From: an uncultured Christensenella sp. | Lineage (GTDB): Bacteria; Bacillota; Clostridia; Christensenellales; UBA3700 | DNA length: 64,000 nt | Assembly: GCA_949298505.1 (NCBI GenBank) | Contig: CASFWW010000002.1 | Location: 12,800-76,799, forward strand | Direction of reading: 5' to 3' | Part shown: positions 48,285 to 58,106 of the stretch, piece by piece | How the letters are laid out: each line of letters opens with the position of its first letter | How positions within the stretch are numbered: position 1 is the stretch's first letter | The notes under the pieces: model-generated | The model's input: only the letters and a program-made list of their open reading frames with translations | What the model was told of the DNA's origin: nothing | Database searches by the model: none | Position numbers and translations under genes: made by a program

Positions 48285-48875
48285 ATGGAACACGTCAACA
48301 GATTTAAAACGGACAAGCGTAGCCGCAAATCCAGGCAGGCTATAAAAGAAGCTTTCAAAGAGATGGTGCTGACTCAGGAAATGAGTCATATCGTGATAAA
48401 GGATCTGGCTGAGAGGGCGGACGTCAACCGTAAGACTTTTTACCTGCATTATACTGACGTTTACAACGTTCTCGAGGATGTTGAGGACGAACTTCTCGAG
48501 GATATCAAGAAGATATTCAGCAAGTTTGACATGAACAAGATCAAGACAGACCCGTATCCGCTTCTGATAGCGATCAGCTCAGGGGTGTCTGGCAGTGAGA
48601 ACGAAACGTTCAACAAATTGCTGTTTTCCAGCACGATCTCGGGAAACTTTATGAGAAAGATCAAGGACATGCTCAAAAACGAGTTGTTTAATTCATACAA
48701 GATCAACAATGCAAACGTGTCAAGAGCGAACATAGCGCTTTCTTTTATCGTATCCGGCGTGGTGGACTGTTACAGAGACTGGTACCTGTCAGACAGAAAA
48801 GAAAGCCTTGAAGATCTTGCAATGGAGCTTTCCGAGCTTATCAAACACGGAATGGCGCGTTATTTCGAGAGCTGA
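48285..48875 (+). CDS. TetR/AcrR-family transcriptional regulator
   Basis: N-terminal HTH KSRQAIKEAFKEMVLTQEMSHIVIKDLAERADVNRKTFYLHY. Confidence 0.85.
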   Translation: MEHVNRFKTDKRSRKSRQAIKEAFKEMVLTQEMSHIVIKDLAERADVNRKTFYLHYTDVYNVLEDVEDELLEDIKKIFSKFDMNKIKTDPYPLLIAISSGVSGSENETFNKLLFSSTISGNFMRKIKDMLKNELFNSYKINNANVSRANIALSFIVSGVVDCYRDWYLSDRKESLEDLAMELSELIKHGMARYFES

Positions 48876-49771
48876 TGTCCGGAGAGAGAATTTGCCGGCT
48901 GTGCCCGAGAAACTGCGGCGCGGACAGAAGCGTGCGCAGTGGGTATTGTTCCGTCGGGAACTCGCTGAAGCTGGGCAGGGCGGCGCTTCATTTCTGGGAA
49001 GAACCCGTACTGGCGGGCAAAGGCGGCAGCGGCGCCGTATTTTTCAGCGGTTGTCCGCTCAGGTGCGTATATTGTCAGAATTACGCGTTGTCCGGCGGAG
49101 AGGGGATCGAGATCACGGTAAGCCGTCTTGCGGATATATTCAGAGAACTCGAAGATCAGGGCGCGGACAATATAGACCTGGTGACCGGCACTCATTTTGT
49201 TCCGCAGATAGTGAAAGCGCTTGAGCTGTACAAGCCGCGTGTTCCCGTGGTTTTCAACTGCGGGGGATACGAGCGCGTGGAAACGCTGAAAATTCTGGAC
49301 GGCGCGGTCGACGTTTATCTGCCCGATTTCAAATATTCTGACAGAGGGCTTGCCGCGCGCTATTCCAACGCTCCCGATTATCCCGAAGTAGCCGCAGAGG
49401 CGCTCAAAGAAATGAAAAGACAGACCGGGAAGACAGTCCTTGGAAAAGACGGACTCATAAAAAAAGGGCTGATCGTAAGGCATCTGGTGTTGCCGTCTGC
49501 CGTTGCGAATTCAAAAGGAGCGCTGGATACGGTTTCGGAAATTGTCGACAAGGACGGAGATTACCTGTCGCTTATGAGTCAGTATATTCCGTTCGGAAGG
49601 GCGGCGGATTTTCCGGAGATAAACAGAAGGCTTAAACCGGTGGAGTACAAAGCGGTCGTAGCGCACGCGCGCAAACTCGGCTTTGAAAACGTTTTCATCC
49701 AGCTCGCCGACAGCGCGGACACAGAATATATCCCCGATTTCGACGGAAGGGGAGTACTTAAAAAAGATTGA
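48875..49771 (+). CDS. radical SAM protein (PflX / COG1313-type activase-like)
   Basis: CPLRCVYCQN CxxxCxxC cluster. Start overlaps the TetR stop (TGATG). Confidence 0.8.
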   Translation: MSGERICRLCPRNCGADRSVRSGYCSVGNSLKLGRAALHFWEEPVLAGKGGSGAVFFSGCPLRCVYCQNYALSGGEGIEITVSRLADIFRELEDQGADNIDLVTGTHFVPQIVKALELYKPRVPVVFNCGGYERVETLKILDGAVDVYLPDFKYSDRGLAARYSNAPDYPEVAAEALKEMKRQTGKTVLGKDGLIKKGLIVRHLVLPSAVANSKGALDTVSEIVDKDGDYLSLMSQYIPFGRAADFPEINRRLKPVEYKAVVAHARKLGFENVFIQLADSADTEYIPDFDGRGVLKKD

Positions 49772-49790
49772 TATCTGATAAAATCGCAAT

Positions 49791-49820
49791 AAAAATGCCG
49801 TCCGTAAAGGCGGCATTTTT
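49791..49820. terminator. bidirectional rho-independent terminator
   Basis: aaaaatgccg tccgtaaagg cggcattttt. Confidence 0.75.
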
Positions 49821-49840
49821 GTTGATCTTAGTTTTACTTT

Positions 49841-50917
49841 TTATTTAGCCCAGCTCGTATCCGAAGGGATCTGATAGAGAGGTGCGTTCTCTTTGTTGTA
49901 GGTAAAATATTTGTGCCACTGGTTTTCGCTGTAACCCTGAAGTTTGATCCAGCTGAGCAACGGGCTGGTCGATACGCCCAGAGAACCTGACCAGCTGTCG
50001 TAGGTCTCGTAACGTCTGAAAAGACCGCAGTCCCAGATCTGGCACTTTATCGTCTGATAGCGGTATACGATATCTTTGCTGTTAGCGGAATTTCTGGTAG
50101 ATTCGGTCGCAAGTTTTAGTGCGTCGGTCGTTACGTCGACTTTGATCTCTATTTCGTAATAGCCTTCTGCGTCGTTATGTACGATAGAAGCGCTTTCGAT
50201 GTTTTCGAGGGTGATATTCGCGTTGGTCGTCTCTACGTATGACTTGTTGTAATAATCCTCTTTCATAAATTCGGCTACGGTCATCGTCTGAACCTTGTCG
50301 CATTTGTCCCAGTCTATGAACGCGTTGTCGGTATAGAAATTGTCGACCGAGTTTTCAAGCAGAGCTTTACTCTTGCCTTCCTGAACGTAGAAGGTTTGAC
50401 CGTCCGGCGTAAATTTGCGGTTGCCGTAGTCGAGAAGATCGCGGCAAAGTCCGAGGATTGTGCTGTCGTTTTCTTCGGGGGTCTCGTTTTTGTAACCGTT
50501 CATGACTCTTCCCATTGTGACCATATACATTGCCGCGCCGTCCTTTATACGCACTTCGCGCACCTGCATGGATCCGCTCATGCCCATGCTCGTCACCGAA
50601 GCGATGCCGCTGCCGTACGCGTAGTTTGCGTAATACGACACCTTAGAAAGATTGTCGTTGGCGATATTGAAGAGATATGTCGCGGCTTCTTTTATCGCGG
50701 CGTCCTCTGAAAGTGAGGAACTGCTCGCCGTAAGCTTTGAAGCTTCGGGTTTGACTATGCCTTGTTGGGCTTGTTCGTTCGGCGCGACACCGAGGTCGTC
50801 GTGATCGAGATTCTGGTTTTCGTCGAATTGTTCGGTTTTTCCGTCGCAGGCGATAAAGAATACAGCGCTCAAAATAAATACGATGCTGATTATTGCCAAA
50901 AGCAGTTTCTTTTTCAT
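49841..50917 (-). CDS. putative lipoprotein (358 aa), distant paralogue of 45782..46699
   Basis: Lipobox VFFIAC|D. AAGGAGG RBS. Shared patches with the other lipoprotein: K(Y/F)xxDGxxxY and (D/E)G(V)YYxIxIxVD. Confidence 0.7.
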   Translation of the reverse strand: MKKKLLLAIISIVFILSAVFFIACDGKTEQFDENQNLDHDDLGVAPNEQAQQGIVKPEASKLTASSSSLSEDAAIKEAATYLFNIANDNLSKVSYYANYAYGSGIASVTSMGMSGSMQVREVRIKDGAAMYMVTMGRVMNGYKNETPEENDSTILGLCRDLLDYGNRKFTPDGQTFYVQEGKSKALLENSVDNFYTDNAFIDWDKCDKVQTMTVAEFMKEDYYNKSYVETTNANITLENIESASIVHNDAEGYYEIEIKVDVTTDALKLATESTRNSANSKDIVYRYQTIKCQIWDCGLFRRYETYDSWSGSLGVSTSPLLSWIKLQGYSENQWHKYFTYNKENAPLYQIPSDTSWAK

Positions 50918-51144
50918 AATAACCTCCTTGTTCGGCTTTAGCCGTCATATCAATTATATAAAGAATATTTTGCTTTGGTCAAGTTTTTTCCTGAAAAGCT
51001 GTGTAATATTAAGCGCTGTTTATCGTAAGGAAATTGTAAGCGGCGTTTGAAAACGGGTCAAAATAAGTCAAAAACGCAAAATAACGCGCATTTTGCGGAT
51101 ATTTGTATTTTTTTGTATACGCGAATAATCGGGCGCGCTTTTGT

Positions 51145-51173
51145 TTGAGTTTTTACGCGCGCTATGCTATAAT
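51145..51173 (+). promoter_or_regulatory. promoter TTGAGT-17-TATAAT of the plsY-ychF-argS block
   Basis: TTGAGT 51145-51150, tgcTATAAT with -10 at 51168-51173. Confidence 0.5.
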
Positions 51174-51207
51174 ATTCAAAAACGTTTTACAAGGTATCTG
51201 ACTGAAC

Positions 51208-51876
51208 ATGGCATGGTGGGGTAAGGCGTTGCTCGTAGCGGCGGCGTATCTTATAGGCTCGATAAATTTCGCGATAATTTTTTCAAGACTTAAAGGCACC
51301 GATATAACAAAAAAGGGCAGCGGCAATCCCGGCACTATGAACGTACTGCGTTCCGTAGGTAAACTCTGGGGCGTTCTGACTTTTATCTGCGACTGCGCTA
51401 AAGGCGTGATTTTCGCCGTTATCGGATTGTACTGGGTCGGAAGTCTCGATTGGTTGTTTATTCTGGGCGTCGTAACCATAGTCGGACACGTTCTTCCCGT
51501 TTACAGCAAGTTCAAAGGCGGCAAGGGCGTCGCGACGTCGATCGGCGTTTTTATCGTCGCGTATCCGATAGCCGGCGCGATCGTGCTTGCGGTGCTGATA
51601 CTGATGCTGTTGTTTATCAAATACGGCTTCATCGGCTCGATAACATGCATATCCGCGATCACGATATACAGCTGTATAGTCAGCCGTGATAACGTTACGG
51701 CGATCGTCTGTTCACTCGTCATCTGGGCAATCGTTGTCGTAAGACATTATTCCAATATAAAAAGACTGATAAGAGGAGAGGAAAACACTCTCAAACTGGT
51801 AGGGAAAAACCAAAGTAAAGACCTGACCGAGGACGGTAAAAAGGAAGAACCGGACGAAGGTCAAAAGGAGAATTGA
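51208..51876 (+). CDS. plsY: glycerol-3-phosphate acyltransferase PlsY
   Basis: YLIGSINFAIIFS...GSGNPGTMNVLR...KGGKGVAT are PlsY motifs. Has a charged C-terminal tail. Confidence 0.9.
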   Translation: MAWWGKALLVAAAYLIGSINFAIIFSRLKGTDITKKGSGNPGTMNVLRSVGKLWGVLTFICDCAKGVIFAVIGLYWVGSLDWLFILGVVTIVGHVLPVYSKFKGGKGVATSIGVFIVAYPIAGAIVLAVLILMLLFIKYGFIGSITCISAITIYSCIVSRDNVTAIVCSLVIWAIVVVRHYSNIKRLIRGEENTLKLVGKNQSKDLTEDGKKEEPDEGQKEN

Positions 51877-52968
51877 ATGAAACTGGGAGTAGTAGGTCTG
51901 CCCAACGTGGGCAAAAGTACGCTTTTCAATGCCATCACGCAGGCGGGAGCGGAGAGCGCGAACTATCCGTTCTGCACGATAGAACCCAACGTGGGAGTTG
52001 TAGCCGTCCCCGACGAGAGACTGGATAAGCTTGCCGCGCTTTACGATTCTAAGAAGATAACCCCGACCGTACTCGAATTCGTCGACATAGCGGGGCTCGT
52101 CAAGGGCGCGTCTCACGGCGAAGGTCTGGGAAACAAATTTCTTTCGCACATAAGAGAGGTCGACGCGATAGTTCACGTGGTAAGGTGCTTCGACGACGAA
52201 AACATAACGCACGTTGACGGCAGCGTGGATCCTTTGAGAGATATCGAGACCATCGACTTAGAGCTTATCTTTGCGGATATGGAGACTGTGCAGAAGCGTT
52301 CCGCAAAAGCGAGAAATTCGGCAAAGGGCGGAGACAAGAAATTCGCGGAAGAAGCGGACTTCCTCGACAGAGTGCTCAAAGAGCTCGAAAACGGCAAGCT
52401 CGTGCGCCTTATGGAGTTTTCTGAAGAAGAGCAGGCGATAATAGACGATATGTTCCTGCTGACCGCAAAACCGGTGATTTACGCTGCGAACATAGGCGAG
52501 GACGACCTGGGCAAAGAGGACAACGCATACGTCAAAGACGTCAAGAAGTTCGCCGCTTCGCAGAACAGCGAAGTCATCGTGCTTTGCGCTAAGATAGAAG
52601 AAGAACTTGCCGGTATGGAAAAGGACGAAAAGGAGATGTTCCAGCAGGAGCTCGGCATAGACAAAAGCGGTCTTGACAAGCTTGTTTCGGCATGTTACAC
52701 CCTTCTCGGTCTGATAAGCTATCTGACCGCAGGAGAGAAAGAGACGCGTGCATGGACGATTGTCAAGGGTACGAAGGCGCCTCAGGCGGCGGGAAAGATA
52801 CACAGCGACTTTGAAAAAGGCTTTATACGCGCCGAGGTCGTGGACTGGAAGGTGCTTCTCGAATGCGGCTCCTACAATGCGGCGAAAGAGAAGGGAAAGG
52901 TCAGGAGCGAAGGCAAGGATTACGTCGTCCAGGACGGAGACGTGGTTTTGTTCAGATTCAACGTCTGA
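51877..52968 (+). CDS. ychF: redox-regulated ribosome-binding ATPase YchF
   Basis: MKLGVVGLPNVGKSTLFNAIT, 363 aa, C-terminal TGS-like end ...GDVVLFRFNV. The ATG abuts the plsY stop. Confidence 0.95.
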   Translation: MKLGVVGLPNVGKSTLFNAITQAGAESANYPFCTIEPNVGVVAVPDERLDKLAALYDSKKITPTVLEFVDIAGLVKGASHGEGLGNKFLSHIREVDAIVHVVRCFDDENITHVDGSVDPLRDIETIDLELIFADMETVQKRSAKARNSAKGGDKKFAEEADFLDRVLKELENGKLVRLMEFSEEEQAIIDDMFLLTAKPVIYAANIGEDDLGKEDNAYVKDVKKFAASQNSEVIVLCAKIEEELAGMEKDEKEMFQQELGIDKSGLDKLVSACYTLLGLISYLTAGEKETRAWTIVKGTKAPQAAGKIHSDFEKGFIRAEVVDWKVLLECGSYNAAKEKGKVRSEGKDYVVQDGDVVLFRFNV

Positions 52969-53000
52969 AATGAAAGATAACGTGACAAAAGAGGTATCGG

Positions 53001-54689
53001 ATGGATTACAAAAAACTGCTTGCGGACATAGTGATATTGCAGGACGTGGAGAGCTGTGAAATAGAACCGCTCATCACCGTTCCCAAAGATCCGGCGATGG
53101 GCGATTATTGCCTGCCGTGTTTCAAGTTCGCAAAAGAGATGAAAAAAAGCCCGATGGCGCTCGCTCAGGAGATTGTATCGCGTATTGGCGCGTATAACTT
53201 CCTTGAAAAGGCAGAAGCCGTCGGCGGTTACGTCAACTTCACGCTCAACAAGAGAATGGTCGCGACGCGCGTCGTCGAGAAGATCCTCACTGAGGGTGAC
53301 GCGTACGGCAGGTCTGAAGAGGGCGCCGGCAAGACTGTCTGCATTGACTTTTCGTCAGTCAACATTGCCAAACCCTTCCATATGGGACACCTGCTCAACA
53401 CCGTGATAGGCGGCGCGCTTTGCAGGATATACCGCGCGCTCGGCTACAAGGTCGTCGGCATAAACCACCTCGGAGACTGGGGCACGCAGTTCGGCAAACT
53501 GATCGTCGCATACAAAAAGTGGGGCGACAGGAACGACATCGACAAACGCGGCGTCAGAGGACTTCTGGATATCTACGTGAAGTTCCACGAAGAAGCTGAA
53601 AAAGATCCCGCCCTTGAGGACGAGGCTCGCGCCTGGTTCAAGAAGATTGAGGACGGCAACGAAGAAGCGCTCGCGCTTTTCGGTTACTTCAAGGAAGTGA
53701 CGATGAGAGAAGTGGAGAAGGTCTACAAGCGCCTCAACGTCACCTTCGATTCATATGCAGGAGAGAGTTTTTATAACGACAAGATGCAGCCCGTACTCGA
53801 CGAGCTGGAGCAGAAAGGGCTTCTCGAACTTTCGGACGGGGCAAAGATCGTCAGGTTTGATGGAGATAAAATGCCTCCGTGCCTTCTGGTCAGAAGCGAC
53901 GGGGCGACCCTTTATGCGACGCGTGATCTTGCCGCGGCGGTCTATCGCAAGAACACTTACGATTTCTACAAGTGCCTTTACGTCGTTGCTTATCAGCAGA
54001 ACCTGCATTTCAGGCAGATATTCGAAGTTCTGCGCAAGATGGGCAAGCCGTGGGCGGACGACATGGTGCACGTCGCGCACGGCATGGTCTCGCTTGAGGA
54101 CGGCGCGCTGTCTACGCGTACCGGCAGGGTGGTATTCCTTGAAGACGTGCTGAATACCGCCGTTGCCAAGGCGGGCGAGATAATCGCAGAAAAGAACCCA
54201 GATCTTGAGGACAAAGAGAAGACCGCAGAGCAGGTCGGCGTGGGCGCGGCAGTGTTCGCAATGCTGTTCAACGGCAGGATAAAGGACGTCGTGTTCGACT
54301 ATGACAAGGTGCTCAATTTCGACGGAGAGACCGGACCGTACGTGCAGTATACTTACGCGCGTTGCTGTTCGCTTCTTGAAAAGTGCGTTTCGGAAGGCGA
54401 CGACTACAATGAGGACGGCATAGCAAACGACGAGGCTTACGCGCTCGTCAAGGCGCTTGAGAAGTATCCCGAAAGCGTACACGCCGCGGGAGAGAAGTAC
54501 GAGCCCAGCATAGTTACAAGGCAGATCGTCGACATCGCTCAGGCGTTCAACAAATTCTATTTCGAACACAATATAAAAGACGCCGCACCCGACGTTAGGA
54601 ACGCGAGACTCGCGCTTGTCGCGGCAACGAAACAGGTCATCGAAAGCGGACTTACGCTTCTCGGGATCTCGGCTCCCAAAAGAATGTAA
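53001..54689 (+). CDS. argS: arginine--tRNA ligase
   Basis: Class I HIGH-type motif NIAKPFHMGHL. ArgRS-like layout with C-terminal anticodon-binding (DALR) region. 562 aa. Confidence 0.9.
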   Translation: MDYKKLLADIVILQDVESCEIEPLITVPKDPAMGDYCLPCFKFAKEMKKSPMALAQEIVSRIGAYNFLEKAEAVGGYVNFTLNKRMVATRVVEKILTEGDAYGRSEEGAGKTVCIDFSSVNIAKPFHMGHLLNTVIGGALCRIYRALGYKVVGINHLGDWGTQFGKLIVAYKKWGDRNDIDKRGVRGLLDIYVKFHEEAEKDPALEDEARAWFKKIEDGNEEALALFGYFKEVTMREVEKVYKRLNVTFDSYAGESFYNDKMQPVLDELEQKGLLELSDGAKIVRFDGDKMPPCLLVRSDGATLYATRDLAAAVYRKNTYDFYKCLYVVAYQQNLHFRQIFEVLRKMGKPWADDMVHVAHGMVSLEDGALSTRTGRVVFLEDVLNTAVAKAGEIIAEKNPDLEDKEKTAEQVGVGAAVFAMLFNGRIKDVVFDYDKVLNFDGETGPYVQYTYARCCSLLEKCVSEGDDYNEDGIANDEAYALVKALEKYPESVHAAGEKYEPSIVTRQIVDIAQAFNKFYFEHNIKDAAPDVRNARLALVAATKQVIESGLTLLGISAPKRM

Positions 54690-54858
54690 AACCTACACGG
54701 GCAGGAAAATTTTCAGAAAAAGCGCGCCTTGGAAAACTTCATACGTCACCGGATTTCGAACCAAAGCGTCCGGGCGGAAAAGTTGCCGGGGCAGAAAATA
54801 TTTTGCGTACAATAAGCAATCTGTACGTATCGCCTGAAGGCGGAAGGAGAAAGACAAA

Positions 54859-55977
54859 ATGTTAGTGGACAAGAGGATTGAAACCCTTGCAAAAAATCTG
54901 GTTAATTATTCGTGCAACGTTCAGAAGGGCGAAAACGTCCTGATCGAAGCGTTCGGCATTGATTATCAGCTGGTGAACTGCGTGGTCAAAGAGGTCTATG
55001 CGGCGGGCGGCTATCCGTTCGTCAGCGTGTTCGACAACCGCATACAGCGTGAGCTGATGAAGGGCATGGACGAAACTCTCGCTAAGAAGATGGCGGAATT
55101 CGACTGCGCCAAGATGGACAAGATGGATGCATACATCGGCATCCGCGGCGGCGAGAACGCTTACGAGACCTGCGATATAGACGCGTCAAGGATGGGCGCA
55201 TACAGCAAGTTCTATTCGCTTCCCGTTCATCACGACAGACGCGTCGCTCACACCAAGTGGGTCGTGCTCAGATACCCCACCCAGGGCATGAGCGCGATGT
55301 CCGCAATGAGCACCGAAAGTTTCGAAGACTTTTATTTCGACGTCTGCAATCTCGATTACCGCAAGATGGGCGAGGCGATGACTCCGCTTGTCGAGCTGAT
55401 GAACAAGACGGATAAAGTCCGCATCGTCGGACCCGGCACCGACCTCAGCTTTTCTATCAAGGGGATCGGCGGCGTCAAGTGCTGCGGTCTCAGAAACATC
55501 CCTGACGGAGAGGTTTATACCGCGCCGGTCAAGAATAGCGTGAACGGCAGGATAACTTATAACGTGCCTACGAGCAAGGACGGCATAAAATTTGAAAACG
55601 TATCCCTCCTTTTCAAGGACGGCAAGATAATTGAAGCGACCGCCAACGATACGGAGGCGATCAACAAGATCTTCGATACTGACGAAGGTTCAAGGTACGT
55701 CGGAGAATTCGCCATCGGCGTGAACCCGTTCGTCACCAAGGCTATGGGCGACATCCTGTTCGACGAGAAGATCAGCGGCAGCATCCACTTTACGCCGGGC
55801 AGCTGCTACGACGACGCGTTCAACGGCAACAGGAGCGCGATCCACTGGGATCTCGTGCTTGTGCAGACCAAGGCGTTCGGCGGCGGCGAGATCTATTTCG
55901 ACGACAGGCTGATCAGGAAGGACGGCGTGTTTGTCGTGGACGAACTCAAAGGGCTGAATCCCGAAAATCTCGCCTGA
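54859..55977 (+). CDS. M29-family aminopeptidase (AmpS/PepS-like)
   Basis: N-terminus LAKNLVNYSCNVQKGENVLIE and C-terminus EFAIGVNP...HFTPG are typical of thermophilic metalloprotease M29. GGAAGGAG RBS. Confidence 0.85.
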   Translation: MLVDKRIETLAKNLVNYSCNVQKGENVLIEAFGIDYQLVNCVVKEVYAAGGYPFVSVFDNRIQRELMKGMDETLAKKMAEFDCAKMDKMDAYIGIRGGENAYETCDIDASRMGAYSKFYSLPVHHDRRVAHTKWVVLRYPTQGMSAMSAMSTESFEDFYFDVCNLDYRKMGEAMTPLVELMNKTDKVRIVGPGTDLSFSIKGIGGVKCCGLRNIPDGEVYTAPVKNSVNGRITYNVPTSKDGIKFENVSLLFKDGKIIEATANDTEAINKIFDTDEGSRYVGEFAIGVNPFVTKAMGDILFDEKISGSIHFTPGSCYDDAFNGNRSAIHWDLVLVQTKAFGGGEIYFDDRLIRKDGVFVVDELKGLNPENLA

Positions 55978-56019
55978 AAAGCGCAAAATCAAGAAAACCG
56001 CTAAAATCTACGCAAAGCA

Positions 56020-56048
56020 TTGTAATTTTTTTAACATTGTGATAAGAT
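56020..56048 (+). promoter_or_regulatory. fba promoter TTGTAA-17-TGaTAAGAT
   Basis: TTGTAA 56020-56025, extended -10 tgaTAAGAT with -10 at 56043-56048. Confidence 0.4.
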
Positions 56049-56139
56049 ATAAGCGATGCGGCGATCCCGCACAGACACGGTAATAACGCCTAAAGGCGCA
56101 ATACGAAACAGGACAACAATTTTTTGGAGGTAATTTTTT

Positions 56140-57093
56140 ATGCCATTGGTTACATCTGCCAACATGTTTAAGAAGGCATACGAGGGCGGTTACGCTATCG
56201 GCGCTTTCAACGTAAACAATATGGAAATCATTCAGGGTATCGTAGAAGCGGCAACGGAGGAGAACGCTCCGCTCATTCTTCAGGTTTCTTCCGGCGCGAG
56301 AAAGTACGCTAACCCCGTATATCTGCGCAAGATGGTCGAAGCTGCTGAAGAAGTCAGCCATCTGCCCATCTGCCTGCACCTCGACCACGGCGATACGTTC
56401 GAGCTTTGCAAGAGCTGTATCGACGGCGGTTTCAACTCCGTCATGATCGACGGCAGCCATCACGCTTTCAAGGACAATATCGAACTTACCCGCAAGGTAG
56501 TCGAGTATGCTCACGACCACGGCGTCGTCGTTGAGGGCGAGCTGGGAAGACTCGCAGGCGTTGAAGACGAAGTAAAAGTCTCCGCTGAGGACAGCTCCTA
56601 CACCAGACCCGAAGAAGTCGAAGAGTTCGTCACCAAGACCGGCGTTGACAGCCTTGCTATAGCGATCGGCACTTCTCACGGCGCTTACAAGTTCAAGCCG
56701 GGCACCAAGCCGCAGCTCAGATTCGACATTCTCGAAGAAGTTGCTAAGAGACTGCCCAACTTCCCGATAGTCCTGCACGGCGCATCTTCCGTTCCGCAGG
56801 AATTTGTCAGGATCATCAACGAGAACGGCGGCGCGCTCAAAGACGCGATCGGCGTGCCCGAAGATATGCTGAGAAAGGCGGCTTCCATGGCTGTCTGCAA
56901 GATCAATATCGACAGCGACCTGCGTATGGCTTGCACCGCAGGCATCCGCAAGCACTTCGTCGAGCATCCGGATCACTTCGATCCCAGACAGTACCTGGGC
57001 GACGCGAGAGCGAACATCAAGTACATTGTCAAGCACAAGCTGACCGAAGTTCTCGGCTGTGCAGGCAAGGCTACCGAGATCCTCAACGCGTAA
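56140..57093 (+). CDS. fba: class II fructose-1,6-bisphosphate aldolase
   Basis: YAIGAFNVNNME, LHLDHG, GELG, AIGTSHGAYKF. GGAGG RBS. Confidence 0.95.
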   Translation: MPLVTSANMFKKAYEGGYAIGAFNVNNMEIIQGIVEAATEENAPLILQVSSGARKYANPVYLRKMVEAAEEVSHLPICLHLDHGDTFELCKSCIDGGFNSVMIDGSHHAFKDNIELTRKVVEYAHDHGVVVEGELGRLAGVEDEVKVSAEDSSYTRPEEVEEFVTKTGVDSLAIAIGTSHGAYKFKPGTKPQLRFDILEEVAKRLPNFPIVLHGASSVPQEFVRIINENGGALKDAIGVPEDMLRKAASMAVCKINIDSDLRMACTAGIRKHFVEHPDHFDPRQYLGDARANIKYIVKHKLTEVLGCAGKATEILNA

Positions 57094-57110
57094 TCGTTTG
57101 AAATCGGCAC

Positions 57111-57138
57111 GGACGGGCGGCAACGCCCGTCCTTTTTT
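57111..57138 (+). terminator. rho-independent terminator of fba
   Basis: ggacgggcg gcaa cgcccgtcc, then TTTTTT. Confidence 0.9.
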
Positions 57139-57296
57139 GTTTGTATTGTATATTTAATTTGAAAACCGTGTTAAAATATCCGGGAAGGACATCGCTATGT
57201 TTAAGACGCGGAACGCGTGGATTTGTCTTTTTTGTCTTCGTTTTGCTTGCCGGAATAAAATATCCTGAAATATTCTAAAAATTTATAAAATTAAAC

Positions 57297-57325
57297 TTGA
57301 CAACCAAAAGTTACAAACGTATAAT
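57297..57325 (+). promoter_or_regulatory. perfect-consensus promoter TTGACA-17-TATAAT
   Basis: TTGACA 57297-57302, TATAAT 57320-57325. About 95-nt leader to ATG 57426. Confidence 0.65.
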
Positions 57326-57425
57326 ATAAATACTGTTTATAATCTGTCGGGTTTGATACAAGGCAAACTTAGGCTTGCTTTTTTTATTGTCCCGACCGGA
57401 CACGTCGGCGTTTGGAGGAGGTATC

Positions 57426-57956
57426 ATGATTTTTTTTACAAGTGATCTGCATCTCGGTCACGAGAATGTGATCAAAATGTGCAATCGGCCTTTTTCAGAC
57501 GCAGAGGAGATGAACGAGGCGCTTGTTTCCGCATGGAACGGCAGGGTGCATAAAAACGATACGGTGTACATTGTCGGAGATTTCGCATACCGCTCCAAAG
57601 TCTCTCCCGAAGAGTTTCTGAAAAGGCTGAAAGGGAATAAGTATCTGATAATCGGCAACCACGACCGTTCGTGGATCGGCGGCGTAGATCTGTCAAAGTA
57701 TTTTATCGGATGGTCGTCGTATACGGTGATAAATACGGGAAGGGGAAAGGCAACTCTTTGTCATTTTCCGATGCTGGCGTTTGAGGGCAAATTTCTTATC
57801 CACGGACATATGCACAACAACACTAAGCGCCCTTACTGGAGCTATCTGAAGACAATGGACAACGCGCTCAACGCAGGCGTGGATATCAACGGCTTTATCC
57901 CCGTAACTTTTGACGAGCTTGTCGCAAATAATGAGGAGTTCAGAAAGAACAACTGA
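57426..57956 (+). CDS. calcineurin-like metallophosphoesterase (176 aa)
   Basis: DLHLGH, GDFAY, GNHD, HGHMH motifs. GGAGGAGG RBS before ATG 57426. Confidence 0.85.
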   Translation: MIFFTSDLHLGHENVIKMCNRPFSDAEEMNEALVSAWNGRVHKNDTVYIVGDFAYRSKVSPEEFLKRLKGNKYLIIGNHDRSWIGGVDLSKYFIGWSSYTVINTGRGKATLCHFPMLAFEGKFLIHGHMHNNTKRPYWSYLKTMDNALNAGVDINGFIPVTFDELVANNEEFRKNN

Positions 57957-58076
57957 TAGCTTTTATATCAGATAAAAATCTTTGTTTCAAGCAAAGCAAA
58001 ATAGAAACAGCCGATACAGCCATACGGATCGGATATGCGCGAAAGCATATGTGATAGAAGGGGCAGGCAATATAAG

Positions 58077-58106
58077 ACGGGGCGGATATTTTCGCTCCGT
58101 TTTTTC
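58077..58106 (+). terminator. rho-independent terminator
   Basis: acggggcg gatatttt cgctccgt (one mismatch), then TTTTTT. Confidence 0.65.

Noticed and set aside
52969-53000. T-box leader expected upstream of argS
   Set aside because: Only 32 nt separate ychF and argS, which is no room for a T-box. argS appears co-transcribed with plsY-ychF.
54690-54858. 169-nt gap between argS and the aminopeptidase gene, plus 73-aa ORF 54616..54837
   Set aside because: There is no convincing promoter, terminator or structured RNA. The ORF overlaps the argS 3' end, lacks an RBS and is Arg/Lys-rich. This is probably simple read-through spacer.
56020-56037. Weak Rex-like sequence TTGTAATTTTTTTAACAT at the fba promoter
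   Set aside because: It has three mismatches at constrained positions and the half-sites are not symmetric. It is probably just the AT-rich promoter.
57197-57268. 23-codon Cys-rich ORF (MFKTRNAWICLFCLRFACRNKIS) after an extended -10 (tgtTAAAAT) and GGAAGGA
   Set aside because: The signals are individually plausible, but the ORF is tiny and its hydrophobic stretch is too short for a TM toxin. I cannot assess conservation. I keep it only as something to check in Ribo-seq data.
57346-57408. Possible attenuator in the metallophosphoesterase leader: GTCGGG / CCCGAC / GTCGG alternative pairings around a weak hairpin plus U7
   Set aside because: The stems are only 5-7 bp with few GC pairs. There is no leader peptide or known riboswitch core. 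This could be chance in a 95-nt leader.
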